A stretch of 64,000 nt of DNA from Candidatus Yanofskybacteria bacterium (GTDB lineage Bacteria; Patescibacteriota; Minisyncoccia; 2-02-FULL-40-12; GWA2-44-9). The stretch covers positions 14,420 through 78,419 of the forward strand of contig JADLBM010000014.1 of assembly GCA_020847715.1 (NCBI GenBank), given 5' to 3'. Shown one piece after another: positions 46,721-57,430 of this stretch. The notes under the pieces were generated by a model. That model made no database searches. It worked only from the letters and a program-made list of their open reading frames with translations, and was not told the DNA's origin. The position numbers and the translations under genes are program-made. Positions within the stretch are counted from its first letter, which is position 1, and each line of letters begins with the position of its first letter.

Positions 46721-47230
46721 CTACTCTTCGCTGCGAGACGTGCGCATGAACGGGAGGATTGCCAGCGATGCCGCGGGCCACGCCCAACGGGCGTACGTCC
46801 CAGCAAGGGGGTCGTAGAGAACTCCCGCGATGCTCCGTGCAGCCGCTTCTTCGGTAAGGGCGAGGGCGATGCTTGCCAAGAGCCCTATCTGTACCAGAGA
46901 GATTGCGACCACATGCCATAGCGCAAGCTCACCGAGTGTGAGGCGCCCTCGCCGCACTGATGAAGAAAGAATGCTGAACACAACGAGGTACCCCGCGAGG
47001 AACACGAGTGGAAGCGCGTACGCCCGCAGATACTCAGGAAGACGCGCGGCAAGCTCTGGAACGAAGGGGAAGAGAACTGCGAGCGTGTACGCCACATAGA
47101 TGGCAAGGAGTGACACCAGCGCCCGCGTACGCCCGACTGATATCCCGTAGAGCACGAGCACAAGCGCCACAAGCGCCACGCCAAGCCCCCGTGGATCTCG
47201 GAGTGCCCTGACAATGACCGCCATGTCCAT
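46721..47230 (-). CDS. hypothetical membrane protein (CvpA-like topology)
   Basis: Four hydrophobic helices, 169 aa. Confidence 0.5.
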   Translation of the reverse strand: MDMAVIVRALRDPRGLGVALVALVLVLYGISVGRTRALVSLLAIYVAYTLAVLFPFVPELAARLPEYLRAYALPLVFLAGYLVVFSILSSSVRRGRLTLGELALWHVVAISLVQIGLLASIALALTEEAAARSIAGVLYDPLAGTYARWAWPAASLAILPFMRTSRSEE

Positions 47231-47248
47231 ACCGTTAGTATACTCCTC

Positions 47249-48007
47249 CTATTTCGGGAAGAGCGTAATGAGAAGGTCGCCGGGTGGCGTCCCCTGCGGG
47301 CCGGCATTCCCCTCTTTCGGAAACGCGATGAGATATCTGCCGTCGATGTGATTCGGGATGTGGAGCTCGAGCGTACGCTTCCCCTTCCGGCGACCGGCGC
47401 CTCCGCACTCGTCACACACATGCTGTGGCACCTCACCGTCACCGCCGCACTCGGGACACACTGCCACCTGCGCGAATGTGCCGAACGGGGTTCGCACCGC
47501 CTGCCGCACGCGCCCCTGTCCCTTGCACTGCCCACACGCCTTCACCTTCCCCCCGCGGGCACCGGAGCCGCCGCACTCGATGCATGGCGAGAATGCCTCG
47601 AACTCATACACCTTTCGTTTCCCAAGGTCTCCCTTGCCAATGGTCATGTGAAGCTGGAGGTCTTCGCCCTTCTCCGGTTTTTGCCGCTGGGCACCCATGC
47701 CTCCCCCGAACATATCAAAAATACTCTCGAACCCGCCACCCATTCCACTAAAATCGAAATCTTGGAACCCACCCTGCTGACCACCAAATCCTGCAGGACC
47801 TTCGGCCGAGCCAAACCGGTCATAGCGCGCCTTCTTGTCGGGGTCACTCAACACCTGGTACGCCTCATTGATCTCTTTGAAGCGCGCTTCATTGCCACCC
47901 TTCTTATCTGGGTGGTGCTGGTGGGCAAGTTTCCGGTACGCCTTTTTAATCTCCTCTGCCGAGGCGCTTCGTGAAACTCCGAGTGTTGTATATGGATCTG
48001 CTGCCAT
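47249..48007 (-). CDS. dnaJ: chaperone DnaJ (short form: J domain, G/F region, Zn finger, truncated CTD)
   Basis: [31 protein letters not shown]-domain. CxxCxGxG repeats. Start re-set to [10 protein letters not shown]. Confidence 0.8.
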   Translation of the reverse strand: MAADPYTTLGVSRSASAEEIKKAYRKLAHQHHPDKKGGNEARFKEINEAYQVLSDPDKKARYDRFGSAEGPAGFGGQQGGFQDFDFSGMGGGFESIFDMFGGGMGAQRQKPEKGEDLQLHMTIGKGDLGKRKVYEFEAFSPCIECGGSGARGGKVKACGQCKGQGRVRQAVRTPFGTFAQVAVCPECGGDGEVPQHVCDECGGAGRRKGKRTLELHIPNHIDGRYLIAFPKEGNAGPQGTPPGDLLITLFPK

Positions 48008-48057
48008 AGTGGTGCGCATGTGCTGCCCGCCGTAAGGGGCGGGCTCTCTGCAAAATC

Positions 48058-48858
48058 CTACAATGAAAGCACCTCGGCTTTCACATCCTGCTCCTCCACA
48101 CGGACGAACTTCGTTGCCTTGAGAAGCGCGAAGATACCGACACCAGTCCAGATGGCCACCTCGCGGAAGATGAACGACACCGACCACAAGGCAAGGAAGA
48201 GCGCGAAGGCAAGAATTGGCGGCACGAGCGGCCCGAGTGGGCCAAGCACACGCTTCACCCAGTCGTCGACGAACCGAGCCAAATCCCTTTTCACTTGCGC
48301 CTGCATTCCTGCCGGAAGCTGGGACAACTGCTGCTGGACCAGCGGCTGGTCATAGGTACTTTCCAATGAACTCTGTAGCCCCTTGCTCACGACTCGGAAG
48401 TCCGCTTGCTGACTCGACGGAAGCAGATAAAAACCCAGCGATATCATGAGGAACGCGCCGAGCAGGATGAACTTTACCCCTTGCCCGAGCGTTGCATTCA
48501 CCCGTAACCTCCTTCGGTCTACCATATCCCCTTGGATGCGACGAGATGCCTCATACCAGAAGAAAAGGAGCACCGGCAACACCGAGAGGTACCAGATGTC
48601 CGGTCGCCAGAACAGAATGAAGGTGGCCCATGACGCCAGCATCGCCGCAAGACGCTCCACCGGCCGCGGCAGCAGCATCCATGCGTTCGCGGCGACTGCC
48701 GCAAGGAGGACCACGGCGACCGACGGCCAGAGTGCGGCCATGAAGCTCGAAAAGCGGTCTGGACTCTCAAGCCACGGGCGTGCGGTTGCCCAGGTAAGCG
48801 TCGCGCACAGCACGACCGCGACAATGAGCCCAATGCGCTTGTAATCCACGGCCTTCAT
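48058..48858 (-). CDS. hypothetical membrane protein
   Basis: Multiple TM helices. Lies between dnaK and dnaJ. Confidence 0.5.
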   Translation of the reverse strand: MKAVDYKRIGLIVAVVLCATLTWATARPWLESPDRFSSFMAALWPSVAVVLLAAVAANAWMLLPRPVERLAAMLASWATFILFWRPDIWYLSVLPVLLFFWYEASRRIQGDMVDRRRLRVNATLGQGVKFILLGAFLMISLGFYLLPSSQQADFRVVSKGLQSSLESTYDQPLVQQQLSQLPAGMQAQVKRDLARFVDDWVKRVLGPLGPLVPPILAFALFLALWSVSFIFREVAIWTGVGIFALLKATKFVRVEEQDVKAEVLSL

Positions 48859-48882
48859 GCATTCTATCCTACCACAGCGGAC

Positions 48883-50745
48883 CTATTTCTGCTCCTCAGG
48901 CTTCACCTCCTCGGCTGTCTGAGCGGCCGGTGCTCCCTCCGGTTTCTGCTGGTAGAGGGCGGCACCCACCTTCTGTGCGGCCTGTCCTAGCGCGTCCCCA
49001 GCCTCCTTCACCTTCGCCATGTCGCCGCCCTGCAGCGCGGTCTTCAGCGCGGCGATCTTCTCTTCGAGGTCCTTGGTGTCTTCGGCGCTAATCTTCTCCT
49101 TGTTGTCGGCAATCATTTTCTCGGTGGTCCACACCAGCGTCTCCGCTGCGTTCTTTGCGTCCACCTCTTCCTTTTTCTTGGCATCTTCGGCGGCGTGCTC
49201 CTGCGCTTCACGCACCATGCGCTCCTTCTCCTCTTTCGAGAGCCCGCCAGAACCTTCGATGCGAATGGAGTGCTCCTTGCCCGTGCCCTTATCTTTTGCC
49301 TTCACATGCAGAATACCGTTCGCATCGATATCGAACGTAACCTCAATCTGCGGAACGCCGCGCGGTGCCGGCGGAATACCATCGAGGTTGAACTCGCCCA
49401 AATACTTATTGTCCCCGAACATCGGCCGCTCGCCCTGCGCGACACGAATCTGCACAGAGGGCTGATTGTCCGCCGCAGTGCTGAATGTCTGCGATTTGCT
49501 GGTCGGCACGGTCGTGTTCTTCTCGATCATCGGCGTCATCACGCTCCCGAGCGTCTCGATGCCCAACGTGAGCGGGGTTACATCGAGCAATAGCACGTCG
49601 CGCACATCGCCCTGCATGATGCCGCCCTGAATAGCCGCGCCGATGGCGACAACCTCATCCGGATTAATGTCGCGGTGCGGATCTTTCCCGAAGAGTGCCT
49701 TCACGGCCTCAACGATAGCCGGCATGCGGGTCTGCCCGCCGACCATCACCACCTCGTCGATATCCGAGAGCTGGAATCCGGCATCCTTCACGGCCTGCTG
49801 TGTCAGCTCAATAGAGCGGTCGATGAGATCCTTCGTGAGAGACTCGAGCTTTGCGCGCGTAAAGGTGAGTGCGAAGTGCTTCGGACCTGCGGCATCAGCC
49901 GTGAGGAACGGGATGTTCACATCGGTCTGAGCCGTGCTGGAAAGCTCGTGCTTTGCCTTCTCTGCCGCATCCTTGAGGCGCTGGAGCGCGAGCTGGTCTT
50001 TGCTGATATCAACGCCCTGCTCCTTTTTGAACTCGTCGGCGAAGTAACCAATGATACGCTGGTCGATGTCGTCGCCACCCAGGTGGGTGTCGCCACCGGT
50101 CGCCCGCACTTCGATTGTGTCCTGCGACACTTCAAGAACCGAAATGTCGAATGTCCCGCCGCCGAAGTCGTAGACGACGATTTGTTCATCCTTCTTCTTG
50201 TTGAACCCATACGCCAGTGCGGCCGCGGTCGGCTCGTTGATGACGCGCTTCACGGTCAAACCCGCGATCTCGCCGGCATCCTTCGTGGCTTGGCGCTGGG
50301 CATCGTCGAAGTACGCCGGAACCGTCACGATGGCTTCCGTAATCTTCGTCCCAAGCTTCGCTTCAGCATCCGCCTTAAGTTTCTGGAGCACCATCGCCGA
50401 AATCTCGGCCGGCTTGTACCACTTATCTCCCATCTTCACCTCGACCGAGTCTCCCGCGCCCTGTCGGATCTCGTAGGGTAGCAGCTTCTGGTCGCGTTGT
50501 ACTTCGGGGTCACTAAACCGGCGACCGATGAGTCGCTTCACAGAGAAGAGTGTGTTCGTCGGGTTCGTCACAGCCTGCCGCTTCGCGGTCACACCCGCGT
50601 AGCGCTCACCGTTCTTTCCCAGCGCCACAATCGACGGTGTTGTCCGCACACCTTCGCTGTTCTCCAATACTCGGGGCGTTCCCCCGTCGACGACCGCCAT
50701 GCAGGAGTTCGTCGTTCCCAAGTCGATACCAAGAATATTGCTCAT
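48883..50745 (-). CDS. dnaK: chaperone DnaK (Hsp70)
   Basis: [17 protein letters not shown] and the full Hsp70 domain order. Confidence 0.95.
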   Translation of the reverse strand: MSNILGIDLGTTNSCMAVVDGGTPRVLENSEGVRTTPSIVALGKNGERYAGVTAKRQAVTNPTNTLFSVKRLIGRRFSDPEVQRDQKLLPYEIRQGAGDSVEVKMGDKWYKPAEISAMVLQKLKADAEAKLGTKITEAIVTVPAYFDDAQRQATKDAGEIAGLTVKRVINEPTAAALAYGFNKKKDEQIVVYDFGGGTFDISVLEVSQDTIEVRATGGDTHLGGDDIDQRIIGYFADEFKKEQGVDISKDQLALQRLKDAAEKAKHELSSTAQTDVNIPFLTADAAGPKHFALTFTRAKLESLTKDLIDRSIELTQQAVKDAGFQLSDIDEVVMVGGQTRMPAIVEAVKALFGKDPHRDINPDEVVAIGAAIQGGIMQGDVRDVLLLDVTPLTLGIETLGSVMTPMIEKNTTVPTSKSQTFSTAADNQPSVQIRVAQGERPMFGDNKYLGEFNLDGIPPAPRGVPQIEVTFDIDANGILHVKAKDKGTGKEHSIRIEGSGGLSKEEKERMVREAQEHAAEDAKKKEEVDAKNAAETLVWTTEKMIADNKEKISAEDTKDLEEKIAALKTALQGGDMAKVKEAGDALGQAAQKVGAALYQQKPEGAPAAQTAEEVKPEEQK

Positions 50746-50813
50746 GTGTGTTATGTAATTCGTCCCTCAGTCTCGACCGGAACCGTGTTCCGGTCGCTCA
50801 GAGGGACCAATGG

Positions 50814-51236
50814 TTACTTCACCTCCACCTCGATGGCCTTCGGCTTCGCCTGCTCGGTTTTCGGCAGGGTCACCTTCAAGACACCGTGCTCAAATGTCGC
50901 CTTCGCCTCGCCTTCCTTCACCGATACCGGCAGGGACAACATGCGCATGAAGTGTCCACGGCGAATCTCACGGCGGAAGTACTCTTTGCTCTTCTCCTCC
51001 TTCTCTTCGGTCGCACCGCCTTCCACCTTCAAGACGCCGTCTTCGACGGTCACCTTGATGTCCTTCGGGTCGGTCTTTGGCACCTGCAGTTCAACGATAA
51101 GGTCGTGCTCGGTCTGATACACATCCATCGCCGGCTCCATCGACCGCTTCACGGCCGGAATGAATCCGAACGACGGAAACTCTTCATCGAAGAAACGCTC
51201 GATCTCACGGAACGGATCATGTCGGATGATTGGCAT
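50814..51236 (-). CDS. Hsp20/alpha-crystallin small heat-shock protein
   Basis: Alpha-crystallin domain (…GVLKVTLPK). Start re-set to MPIIRHD. Confidence 0.8.
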   Translation of the reverse strand: MPIIRHDPFREIERFFDEEFPSFGFIPAVKRSMEPAMDVYQTEHDLIVELQVPKTDPKDIKVTVEDGVLKVEGGATEEKEEKSKEYFRREIRRGHFMRMLSLPVSVKEGEAKATFEHGVLKVTLPKTEQAKPKAIEVEVK

Positions 51237-51261
51237 AGGTAGAATGGATGAGATAAATACC

Positions 51262-51732
51262 TTACTGATAGATAACAACGCGTGCGGGACGAATGACGCG
51301 ACCCCGCAGCGTATAGCCCGCGCGCACCTCGCTCTGAACGGTGTGACTCGGACCATCGGCTACCATGGAGACGGCTTCCATCGTAGCAGGGTCGAACGGC
51401 TGGGCGGCCGTCGCAATGCGCTCAACCCCGAATTTCTTCATCGTTGCAAGGAACTGTGCGCCGATCTGCTGGAATCCTGCGAACCATTCGCTCTGTTCAC
51501 GCACGATTGGCGGCGCGTGAGCGATGGCCTGCTCAACATGGTCCAGGACATCGACCATCTCCCGGACGACCGAGGTAGCGCCAAAGTGCGCGACCTCGGT
51601 AAGCTCTCCCTCCATACGCCGACGATAGTTGTCAAAATCAGCCGCAAGTCGCAGATACTGCTCCTTCGGAACCGTCTCAACAGCAGGTTCCGGCGGGTGT
51701 TCGTGTTCAGTGGTGTCGTTGGTCATAGACAT
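51262..51732 (-). CDS. grpE: nucleotide exchange factor GrpE
   Basis: LRLAADFDNYRRRM signature. Start chosen 1 nt after the hrcA stop. Confidence 0.85.
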   Translation of the reverse strand: MSMTNDTTEHEHPPEPAVETVPKEQYLRLAADFDNYRRRMEGELTEVAHFGATSVVREMVDVLDHVEQAIAHAPPIVREQSEWFAGFQQIGAQFLATMKKFGVERIATAAQPFDPATMEAVSMVADGPSHTVQSEVRAGYTLRGRVIRPARVVIYQ

Positions 51733-51733
51733 G

Positions 51734-52507
51734 TTAGGAATGGGCAATACGCTGTGCCAGCTGGGCGACATAGGTCATGAGACCGATATTGCGTCGGTAG
51801 TCCATACGCATGGGGCCTACGAGCGTCAGAGTGCCCTCGTGACCCTTCGGGAGGCGGTATCGTGCGCAAATCATGGTCTCATCCTTCATGCGGTCGTCAG
51901 AGTTTTCGGCACCGATGAGAACGCGCACTTCGCCCTTTGATGAACGCGCGGGCATGTACGCCGAACCGAACGCCTGCCGCATAATGCTGTCCGCCATCGC
52001 ATCGAACTGGTCGAAAAACTCCGCAAGTCCGGCGATGCGGCCGACCTCTTGAAACTCAGGGAATGCCATTAGGTTGGAAATGCCGAACTTATACGCTTCT
52101 TCGCGCTCACTCATCGAAGCCATCACGAGTGCTCCAGAAATTTGCCCTACGATGCGGGCCAGCGCCTTGTTGATCTGCTCCGGATCGCGCAAGTCGATAG
52201 CGGCGAGCGCCTCATCAATGCGATGGCGATGCGGATGGCTGATGCTCACCCCCTCGCTCGCGATTAGCTGATTCACATAGAGACGGTACGCCTTCGCGGT
52301 CGGCACGCGCCCGCCGGAGGTGTGCAGCTGCTCGAGGTAGCCCGTCGCTTCAAGGTCTGCCATCTCGTTGCGAATGGTCGCCGAGCGTACGTCGAAATAG
52401 CCGCTCTGCGCGATGGCCTTGCTTGAGACCGGCTCGGCGGTCTGGATGTATTCCTCGATGACCTTGGCGACCAGCTGGTGCTGTCGCGGGGTTAGCAATC
52501 CGTTCAT
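51734..52507 (-). CDS. hrcA: heat-inducible transcription repressor HrcA
   Basis: LTPRQHQLVAKVIEEYIQTAEPVSSKAIA… HrcA N-terminal winged helix. Start re-set to MNGLL, downstream of CIRCE. Confidence 0.85.
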   Translation of the reverse strand: MNGLLTPRQHQLVAKVIEEYIQTAEPVSSKAIAQSGYFDVRSATIRNEMADLEATGYLEQLHTSGGRVPTAKAYRLYVNQLIASEGVSISHPHRHRIDEALAAIDLRDPEQINKALARIVGQISGALVMASMSEREEAYKFGISNLMAFPEFQEVGRIAGLAEFFDQFDAMADSIMRQAFGSAYMPARSSKGEVRVLIGAENSDDRMKDETMICARYRLPKGHEGTLTLVGPMRMDYRRNIGLMTYVAQLAQRIAHS

Positions 52508-52526
52508 CACAGTGCCAGTATAGGAA

Positions 52527-52555
52527 ACTGGCACTCAGCAGTCAAGAGTGCTAAT
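52527..52555 (-). promoter_or_regulatory. CIRCE operator (TGGCACTC-N9-GAGTGCTAA) upstream of hrcA
   Basis: One arm matches the CIRCE consensus TTAGCACTC-N9-GAGTGCTAA exactly; the other has two mismatches. ~20 nt upstream of the hrcA start. Confidence 0.7.
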
Positions 52556-52625
52556 TATCCACACACGCCCCCTCCCAAAAGTTGACAAAATCCACTTATT
52601 TCGTACTCTATGTTCGGAGGTGCAC

Positions 52626-53209
52626 ATGGAGCACGAGTGGCAATTGCCGCCCACCGTGGACCGCATGGAGGTGAACGCAGCACTCACTGTTCTCACGGAG
52701 CGGTTCGATGCCGATGCGGCTCGCCTGGTCATTAGGGCGTTTTGCGACATGCCAGTGTCCGCGAGCAGCTTCGATGAATTCCGTGACTCGAAGCGAACAA
52801 ACCGCACAATCACAGGAGAAACCCCTGAGTTCGGTTCGGTCGGCATCCGTGAAACCGTGGACGAATCGCGGTGGGAGGGAGGGGCGGAGCATGTTGCTCG
52901 CGTTGGACAGTTCAAGGTCTACCCATGTCCAACGCGGCGCACGAGACTGTTGCATTCCGGCGTTACTGGAAAGGCAGTCTCGCGACCGCGTTCGACATCA
53001 TTCAGGAGCAGCAACTCGCATTCCGCGCTTCTGACAAACTCCCGCTTGCTCTCGCGCGCATCGTTTGGAGCCCCCAGTCTCCCTCCCTCTTGGTGCGACT
53101 GAGAGTCGCAATCCAATATCGGAATTTCCCCGCCCTCTGGAGATCCATGAAGTACTGGACGCCGCGCGCGGTTTCAATGTACACCCATCCGTCATACAGG
53201 CTTTCATAG
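52626..53209 (+). pseudogene. hypothetical gene apparently split by a frameshift near 52905-52930 (frame A 52626..~52925, frame B 52925..53209)
   Basis: Frame A (SD GGAGGTG, MEHEWQLPPTVDR…) is protein-like for ~100 aa, then turns Arg/Ser-rich. Frame B (MSNAAHETVAF…) becomes protein-like exactly there and ends at a terminator. Confidence 0.35.
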
Positions 53210-53225
53210 ATGAGCACCCCCGTTC

Positions 53226-53250
53226 CACGGGGGATTTTTTTACGCTGATA
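53226..53250 (+). terminator. terminator (cccccgt-tcca-cggggg + T7)
   Basis: Hairpin plus a long T-run on the plus strand. Confidence 0.6.
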
Positions 53251-53266
53251 CGATATACTAGACGAC

Positions 53267-54520
53267 ATGAAGAAGAAGCTTCTCCGGTTTTGGAAGGCGC
53301 TCGGACCCGGCATCATCACGGGCGCAGCAGACAACGACCCCTCCGGCATTACCACCTACTCAATTGCAGGCGCCCGCTTCGGCACCGCACCGCTCTGGAT
53401 TCTCCTCTACATCCTGCCATTCATGATCGCCATCCAGAACATGTGCGCGCGTATTGGCGCACTCTCGGGATGCGGACTCGCGGGCAACATCCGCCGCCAC
53501 TACCCCGCCGGACTTCTTGCGATTGTCGCTGTGGCGCTCGTAGCCGCTAATATATTCAACGTTGGCGCCGACATCTACGGTATGGCGGGTGCGCTGAACC
53601 TTATCATTCCGCTCGATATTCGCCTCCTCGGCACCCTCATGGCAATCGCTATCATGGCATTGGTTATCACGCTTCGATATCGCCACATTGAGAGCATCTT
53701 TCGCTGGTTTGCCATTTCACTGTTCGTATACGGCATCGCGCTGTTCTTGGTGAATCCAGACTGGATGACCATCGCGCGTTCGCTCCTAATCCCCGTATGG
53801 ACGAACGGCGACGCATTCTTCCTCACGCTGTTTGCCATGATGGGGACCACCATTTCACCATACCTGTTCTTCTGGCAGGCCTCACAGGAAGCGGAGGACG
53901 TTCGCCAGGATCGCCCCACTCTACGCGTATGCAAGTTCCGCACCGTGCGGCCGGGCATTCTCCACCAAATTGAGCTCGACACACGCCTAGGCATGATTGC
54001 GTCGAACCTCGTTTCATTCTTCATTGTGTCACTCACCGCCTCCACTATTTTCACCGCCGGTAGCGACGACATCACAACACTCCGCGACGCCGCTCTGGCG
54101 CTGAAGCCGCTGGCAGGAGAGTATGCCTTCATCCTCTTTGCGCTCGGCGTGGTCGGGTCTGGCCTCCTCGCCATTCCGGTTCTCGCTGGTTCCGCCGCCT
54201 ATGTGGTTGCCGAGTTTATGGGATGGTCTGCATCGCTCGACAAGCCATTCAATCGCGCCCGCCAGTTCTATCTTGTCATGGTCGGAGCGGTCGCAGTAGG
54301 CATGCTTATGCCATTCCTTGGCATGACACCCGTACAGGCGCTCTACTGGGCTGCTATCATCAACGGCATGATTGCCCCGCCGCTCATTATGCTCATCATC
54401 CACATGGCCAATAATCCCGACATCGTCGGTCCGCACCGCAGCAGCGCACCCGTGCACTACCTCGGCGTCATCGCCATGATGCTCATGTTGACCGGCACCT
54501 TGTTCGTGGTATTTTCCTAG
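53267..54520 (+). CDS. mntH: NRAMP-family divalent metal (Mn2+/Fe2+) transporter
   Basis: GAADNDPSGI motif and 11-12 TM helices. Confidence 0.9.
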   Translation: MKKKLLRFWKALGPGIITGAADNDPSGITTYSIAGARFGTAPLWILLYILPFMIAIQNMCARIGALSGCGLAGNIRRHYPAGLLAIVAVALVAANIFNVGADIYGMAGALNLIIPLDIRLLGTLMAIAIMALVITLRYRHIESIFRWFAISLFVYGIALFLVNPDWMTIARSLLIPVWTNGDAFFLTLFAMMGTTISPYLFFWQASQEAEDVRQDRPTLRVCKFRTVRPGILHQIELDTRLGMIASNLVSFFIVSLTASTIFTAGSDDITTLRDAALALKPLAGEYAFILFALGVVGSGLLAIPVLAGSAAYVVAEFMGWSASLDKPFNRARQFYLVMVGAVAVGMLMPFLGMTPVQALYWAAIINGMIAPPLIMLIIHMANNPDIVGPHRSSAPVHYLGVIAMMLMLTGTLFVVFS

Positions 54521-54526
54521 CCGCAT

Positions 54527-55933
54527 ATGCCCATCCACCTCTACAATTCGCTCACCCGGAACGTTGAACCCCTCACTCCACGCACCGAGGGCGTCATCCA
54601 GATGTTCGTCTGCGGACCGACCGTGTTCGACTTCATCCATGTCGGCAACGCTCGCACCTTCACCATTTTCGATGTTGTTGCCAAATGGCTTCGGTATCGC
54701 GGGTATGAGGTCACGTACCTCCAGAACATCACCGACATCGACGACAAGATCATTCGTCGCGCAGGCGAGCAAGGCCGCGACCCGCTCGAGTACGCCCGCG
54801 AGTACGAGCAGTACTACCGCGACGACATGCAGGCACTCGGAAACACCGCCGTCACCCAGTACCCCCGCGCCACCGACCACATCGAACAGGTCAAAGCTCA
54901 GGTGAAAACCCTCATTGCGAAGGGTAATGCCTACCTCATCGAGGGCGACGGCTGGTACTACGACCTCACAACCTTTCCCGACTACGGCAAACTCTCCGGC
55001 CGCACAGGCCTGCAAGCAGATGATGCCGTCTCCCGCATCGACGACGCCGAAAAGAAGCGCAACACGGGCGATTTCGCGCTGTGGAAGCTCTCGAAACCGG
55101 GCGAGCCCACATGGGACGACGCCGAGCTTGGCGCCGGACGCCCAGGGTGGCACATCGAGGACACCGCCATCACCCAGCACTATTTTGGGCCGCAGTACGA
55201 CCTCCACGGCGGCGCGATGGACCTCAAGTTCCCCCATCATGAAGCCGAGATTGCCCAGCAGGAAGCCGCCTCCGGCCTCGTGCCATTCGTACGACACTGG
55301 ATGCACGCAGGGTTCCTACAAATCGACCAGAAGCGTATGGGCAAGAGCATGGGCAACATGCTTGGCCTTCGCGAGGCACTAAAGCGCTGGTCGCCGGAAA
55401 CGCTCCGCTTCTTCCTGCTCTCAGGACACTATCGCGCACCGCTGGACTTCTCCGAGGCGAGCCTTGATGCCGCGCAAGCCGCGGTACAGCGCATCACCGA
55501 GCTTCTTACAAAAGTACACGCGCTTCCGCCATCACAGAAAGATGATAGCGCGCTCATGCACATCATCACCGAAACACGCAGAGCGGTCGAAGATGCGATG
55601 GACAATGACTTCAATACTGCCGCCGCATTCGGCGCCGTATTCGCGCTCATCTCCGCCGCCAATAAAGCATTCACCGAGAATCGCGTTGGCACGGAAGCCA
55701 GCGCAGCTCTCAAGGCGTTCTTCGAGTTCCTCTCGGAGCAATTCGGCATCGTTCCTGCGGGCGGCGCCCCACTCTCCGCCGACATTCAGAGCCTCGTAGA
55801 CGAGCGACAGCTTGCACGTGAACAAAAGGATTTCGCGACCGCCGACCAACTCCGTGATGAGCTCGCCAAACTAGGCTACACCGTCGACGACACCGCCTAC
55901 GGCCCTCTCGTGAAGGAGAAGATCAAGAGTTAA
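54527..55933 (+). CDS. cysS: cysteinyl-tRNA synthetase
   Basis: CGPTVFDFIHVGNAR (HIGH-like) and KRMGKSMGN (KMSKS) motifs. Confidence 0.9.
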   Translation: MPIHLYNSLTRNVEPLTPRTEGVIQMFVCGPTVFDFIHVGNARTFTIFDVVAKWLRYRGYEVTYLQNITDIDDKIIRRAGEQGRDPLEYAREYEQYYRDDMQALGNTAVTQYPRATDHIEQVKAQVKTLIAKGNAYLIEGDGWYYDLTTFPDYGKLSGRTGLQADDAVSRIDDAEKKRNTGDFALWKLSKPGEPTWDDAELGAGRPGWHIEDTAITQHYFGPQYDLHGGAMDLKFPHHEAEIAQQEAASGLVPFVRHWMHAGFLQIDQKRMGKSMGNMLGLREALKRWSPETLRFFLLSGHYRAPLDFSEASLDAAQAAVQRITELLTKVHALPPSQKDDSALMHIITETRRAVEDAMDNDFNTAAAFGAVFALISAANKAFTENRVGTEASAALKAFFEFLSEQFGIVPAGGAPLSADIQSLVDERQLAREQKDFATADQLRDELAKLGYTVDDTAYGPLVKEKIKS

Positions 55934-56057
55934 GGAAGCGGAGAAGCGCGGAGCGGAAACCGACTAGAAAGCAAGCACTGGTTTTCAACTCGCCATCAAC
56001 ACTTCGGTTGCCCCCGCTCTGTAATTTTCGGATAATGCGGGAGCATCCAATCGAGCC

Positions 56058-57425
56058 ATGGCGAACGTACTCCCCGACACCACTCCCCCGCAAAACCTCG
56101 ACGCCGAGCGTTCGCTCTTGGGGTCGCTCCTGTCAGACCGCGAGGCCATCAACAAGGTCATCGATATGGTCAACGCGGAGCACTTCTACCAGCGGAATCA
56201 CCAGCTCATCTGGACCGCACTCTCGAGTCTCTGGGAACACCATGAGAACATCGACATCCTCTCCGTCTCCACGAAGCTCGGCGACATGGGGCACCTTGAT
56301 GCCATCGGCGGAGTCGCCGCGCTCACCGCGCTTGCGAGCGAAATTCCGACCGCTGCGCATGTACAGACCTACGCGCGCATCGTCCAACGGAAGAAATCCC
56401 TCCGCGACCTGCTCGACGTCTCGCATCGCATTAAAGCGCTCGCGTACCGCGAAGACGACGACATCGACGCCGTGCTCGGCGAGGCGGAACAGCAGCTCTT
56501 CTCGGTCACCCAGAAAACCCTCAGTAATAAGTTTGATGCCCTCGCCGGAGAACTCGACCGTGCCATGGAGCGCATCCAGACCCAAGACGACGGTCAGCTC
56601 CGCGGCGTACCCACAAAGCACACAAAGCTGGATCAGACACTCGGCGGATTCCAGAAGTCCGACCTTATCATCCTCGCCGCCCGTCCATCGGTCGGTAAAA
56701 CCGCCTTCGCAATTGACATCGCCCGCCGTGTTGCCGAGAGTCAAACACCCGTCGGCATCTTCAGCTTGGAAATGAGCGTCGACCAAGTCGTCGACCGTCT
56801 CATCGCCGCAAAGGCGCGCGCTTCGTTGTGGCGTCTCCGCACGGGAAAGCTCTCCCATGAAGGCGAGCACAACGACTTCCTCAAGATTACCAACGCTATC
56901 TCTGAGCTCCGCGATATGCCCGTCTTCATCGACGATACGCCAGGCCTGAATGTGATGCAGATGCGCGCCATGGCGCGGCGCCTGAAAGCCGAGCACGGCC
57001 TCGGCATGCTCATCGTGGACTACTTGCAGCTCATGAGTGCCCGCCGCAACTACGACTCCCCCGTCCAGCAGGTCACGGAAATCAGCCGCGGCCTCAAAGC
57101 GCTGGCGAAGGAGCTGCAGATTCCTGTCATCGCCCTCTCTCAGCTCTCGCGCGCCGTCGAGAACCGCGAAGGCAACCGGCCTCGCCTGTCCGACCTCCGC
57201 GACTCCGGCTCCATCGAGCAAGACGCCGACGTGGTCATGTTCATCCACCGCGACGACAAGATCAACTTCCAACGCGCCCAGGAGCAGGGCCGGCAAAACC
57301 TCGCCCAGCTCGTCATCGCCAAACACCGCAACGGCCCCACCGGCGAGATTGATTTCCACATCAACCCTGAAAACCTCGAGTTCTCCGAGGTCGACACCGT
57401 GCACACCGACTCTGACTTCCTGTAA
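56058..57425 (+). CDS. dnaB: replicative DNA helicase DnaB
   Basis: DnaB N-domain plus RecA-like domain (ILAARPSVGKT, LIVDYLQLM). Confidence 0.9.
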   Translation: MANVLPDTTPPQNLDAERSLLGSLLSDREAINKVIDMVNAEHFYQRNHQLIWTALSSLWEHHENIDILSVSTKLGDMGHLDAIGGVAALTALASEIPTAAHVQTYARIVQRKKSLRDLLDVSHRIKALAYREDDDIDAVLGEAEQQLFSVTQKTLSNKFDALAGELDRAMERIQTQDDGQLRGVPTKHTKLDQTLGGFQKSDLIILAARPSVGKTAFAIDIARRVAESQTPVGIFSLEMSVDQVVDRLIAAKARASLWRLRTGKLSHEGEHNDFLKITNAISELRDMPVFIDDTPGLNVMQMRAMARRLKAEHGLGMLIVDYLQLMSARRNYDSPVQQVTEISRGLKALAKELQIPVIALSQLSRAVENREGNRPRLSDLRDSGSIEQDADVVMFIHRDDKINFQRAQEQGRQNLAQLVIAKHRNGPTGEIDFHINPENLEFSEVDTVHTDSDFL

Positions 57426-57430
57426 TCCTC

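Noticed and set aside
53002-53355. 117-aa minus-strand ORF overlapping the mntH start and the plus-strand terminator
   Set aside because: It would overlap the mntH start codon, and the intervening hairpin is followed by a T-run on the plus strand only. The plus-strand small gene is favoured.
54029-55306. 425-aa minus-strand ORF spanning mntH and cysS
   Set aside because: It crosses the boundary between two well-supported plus-strand genes and lacks motifs. It is a spurious long antisense ORF.
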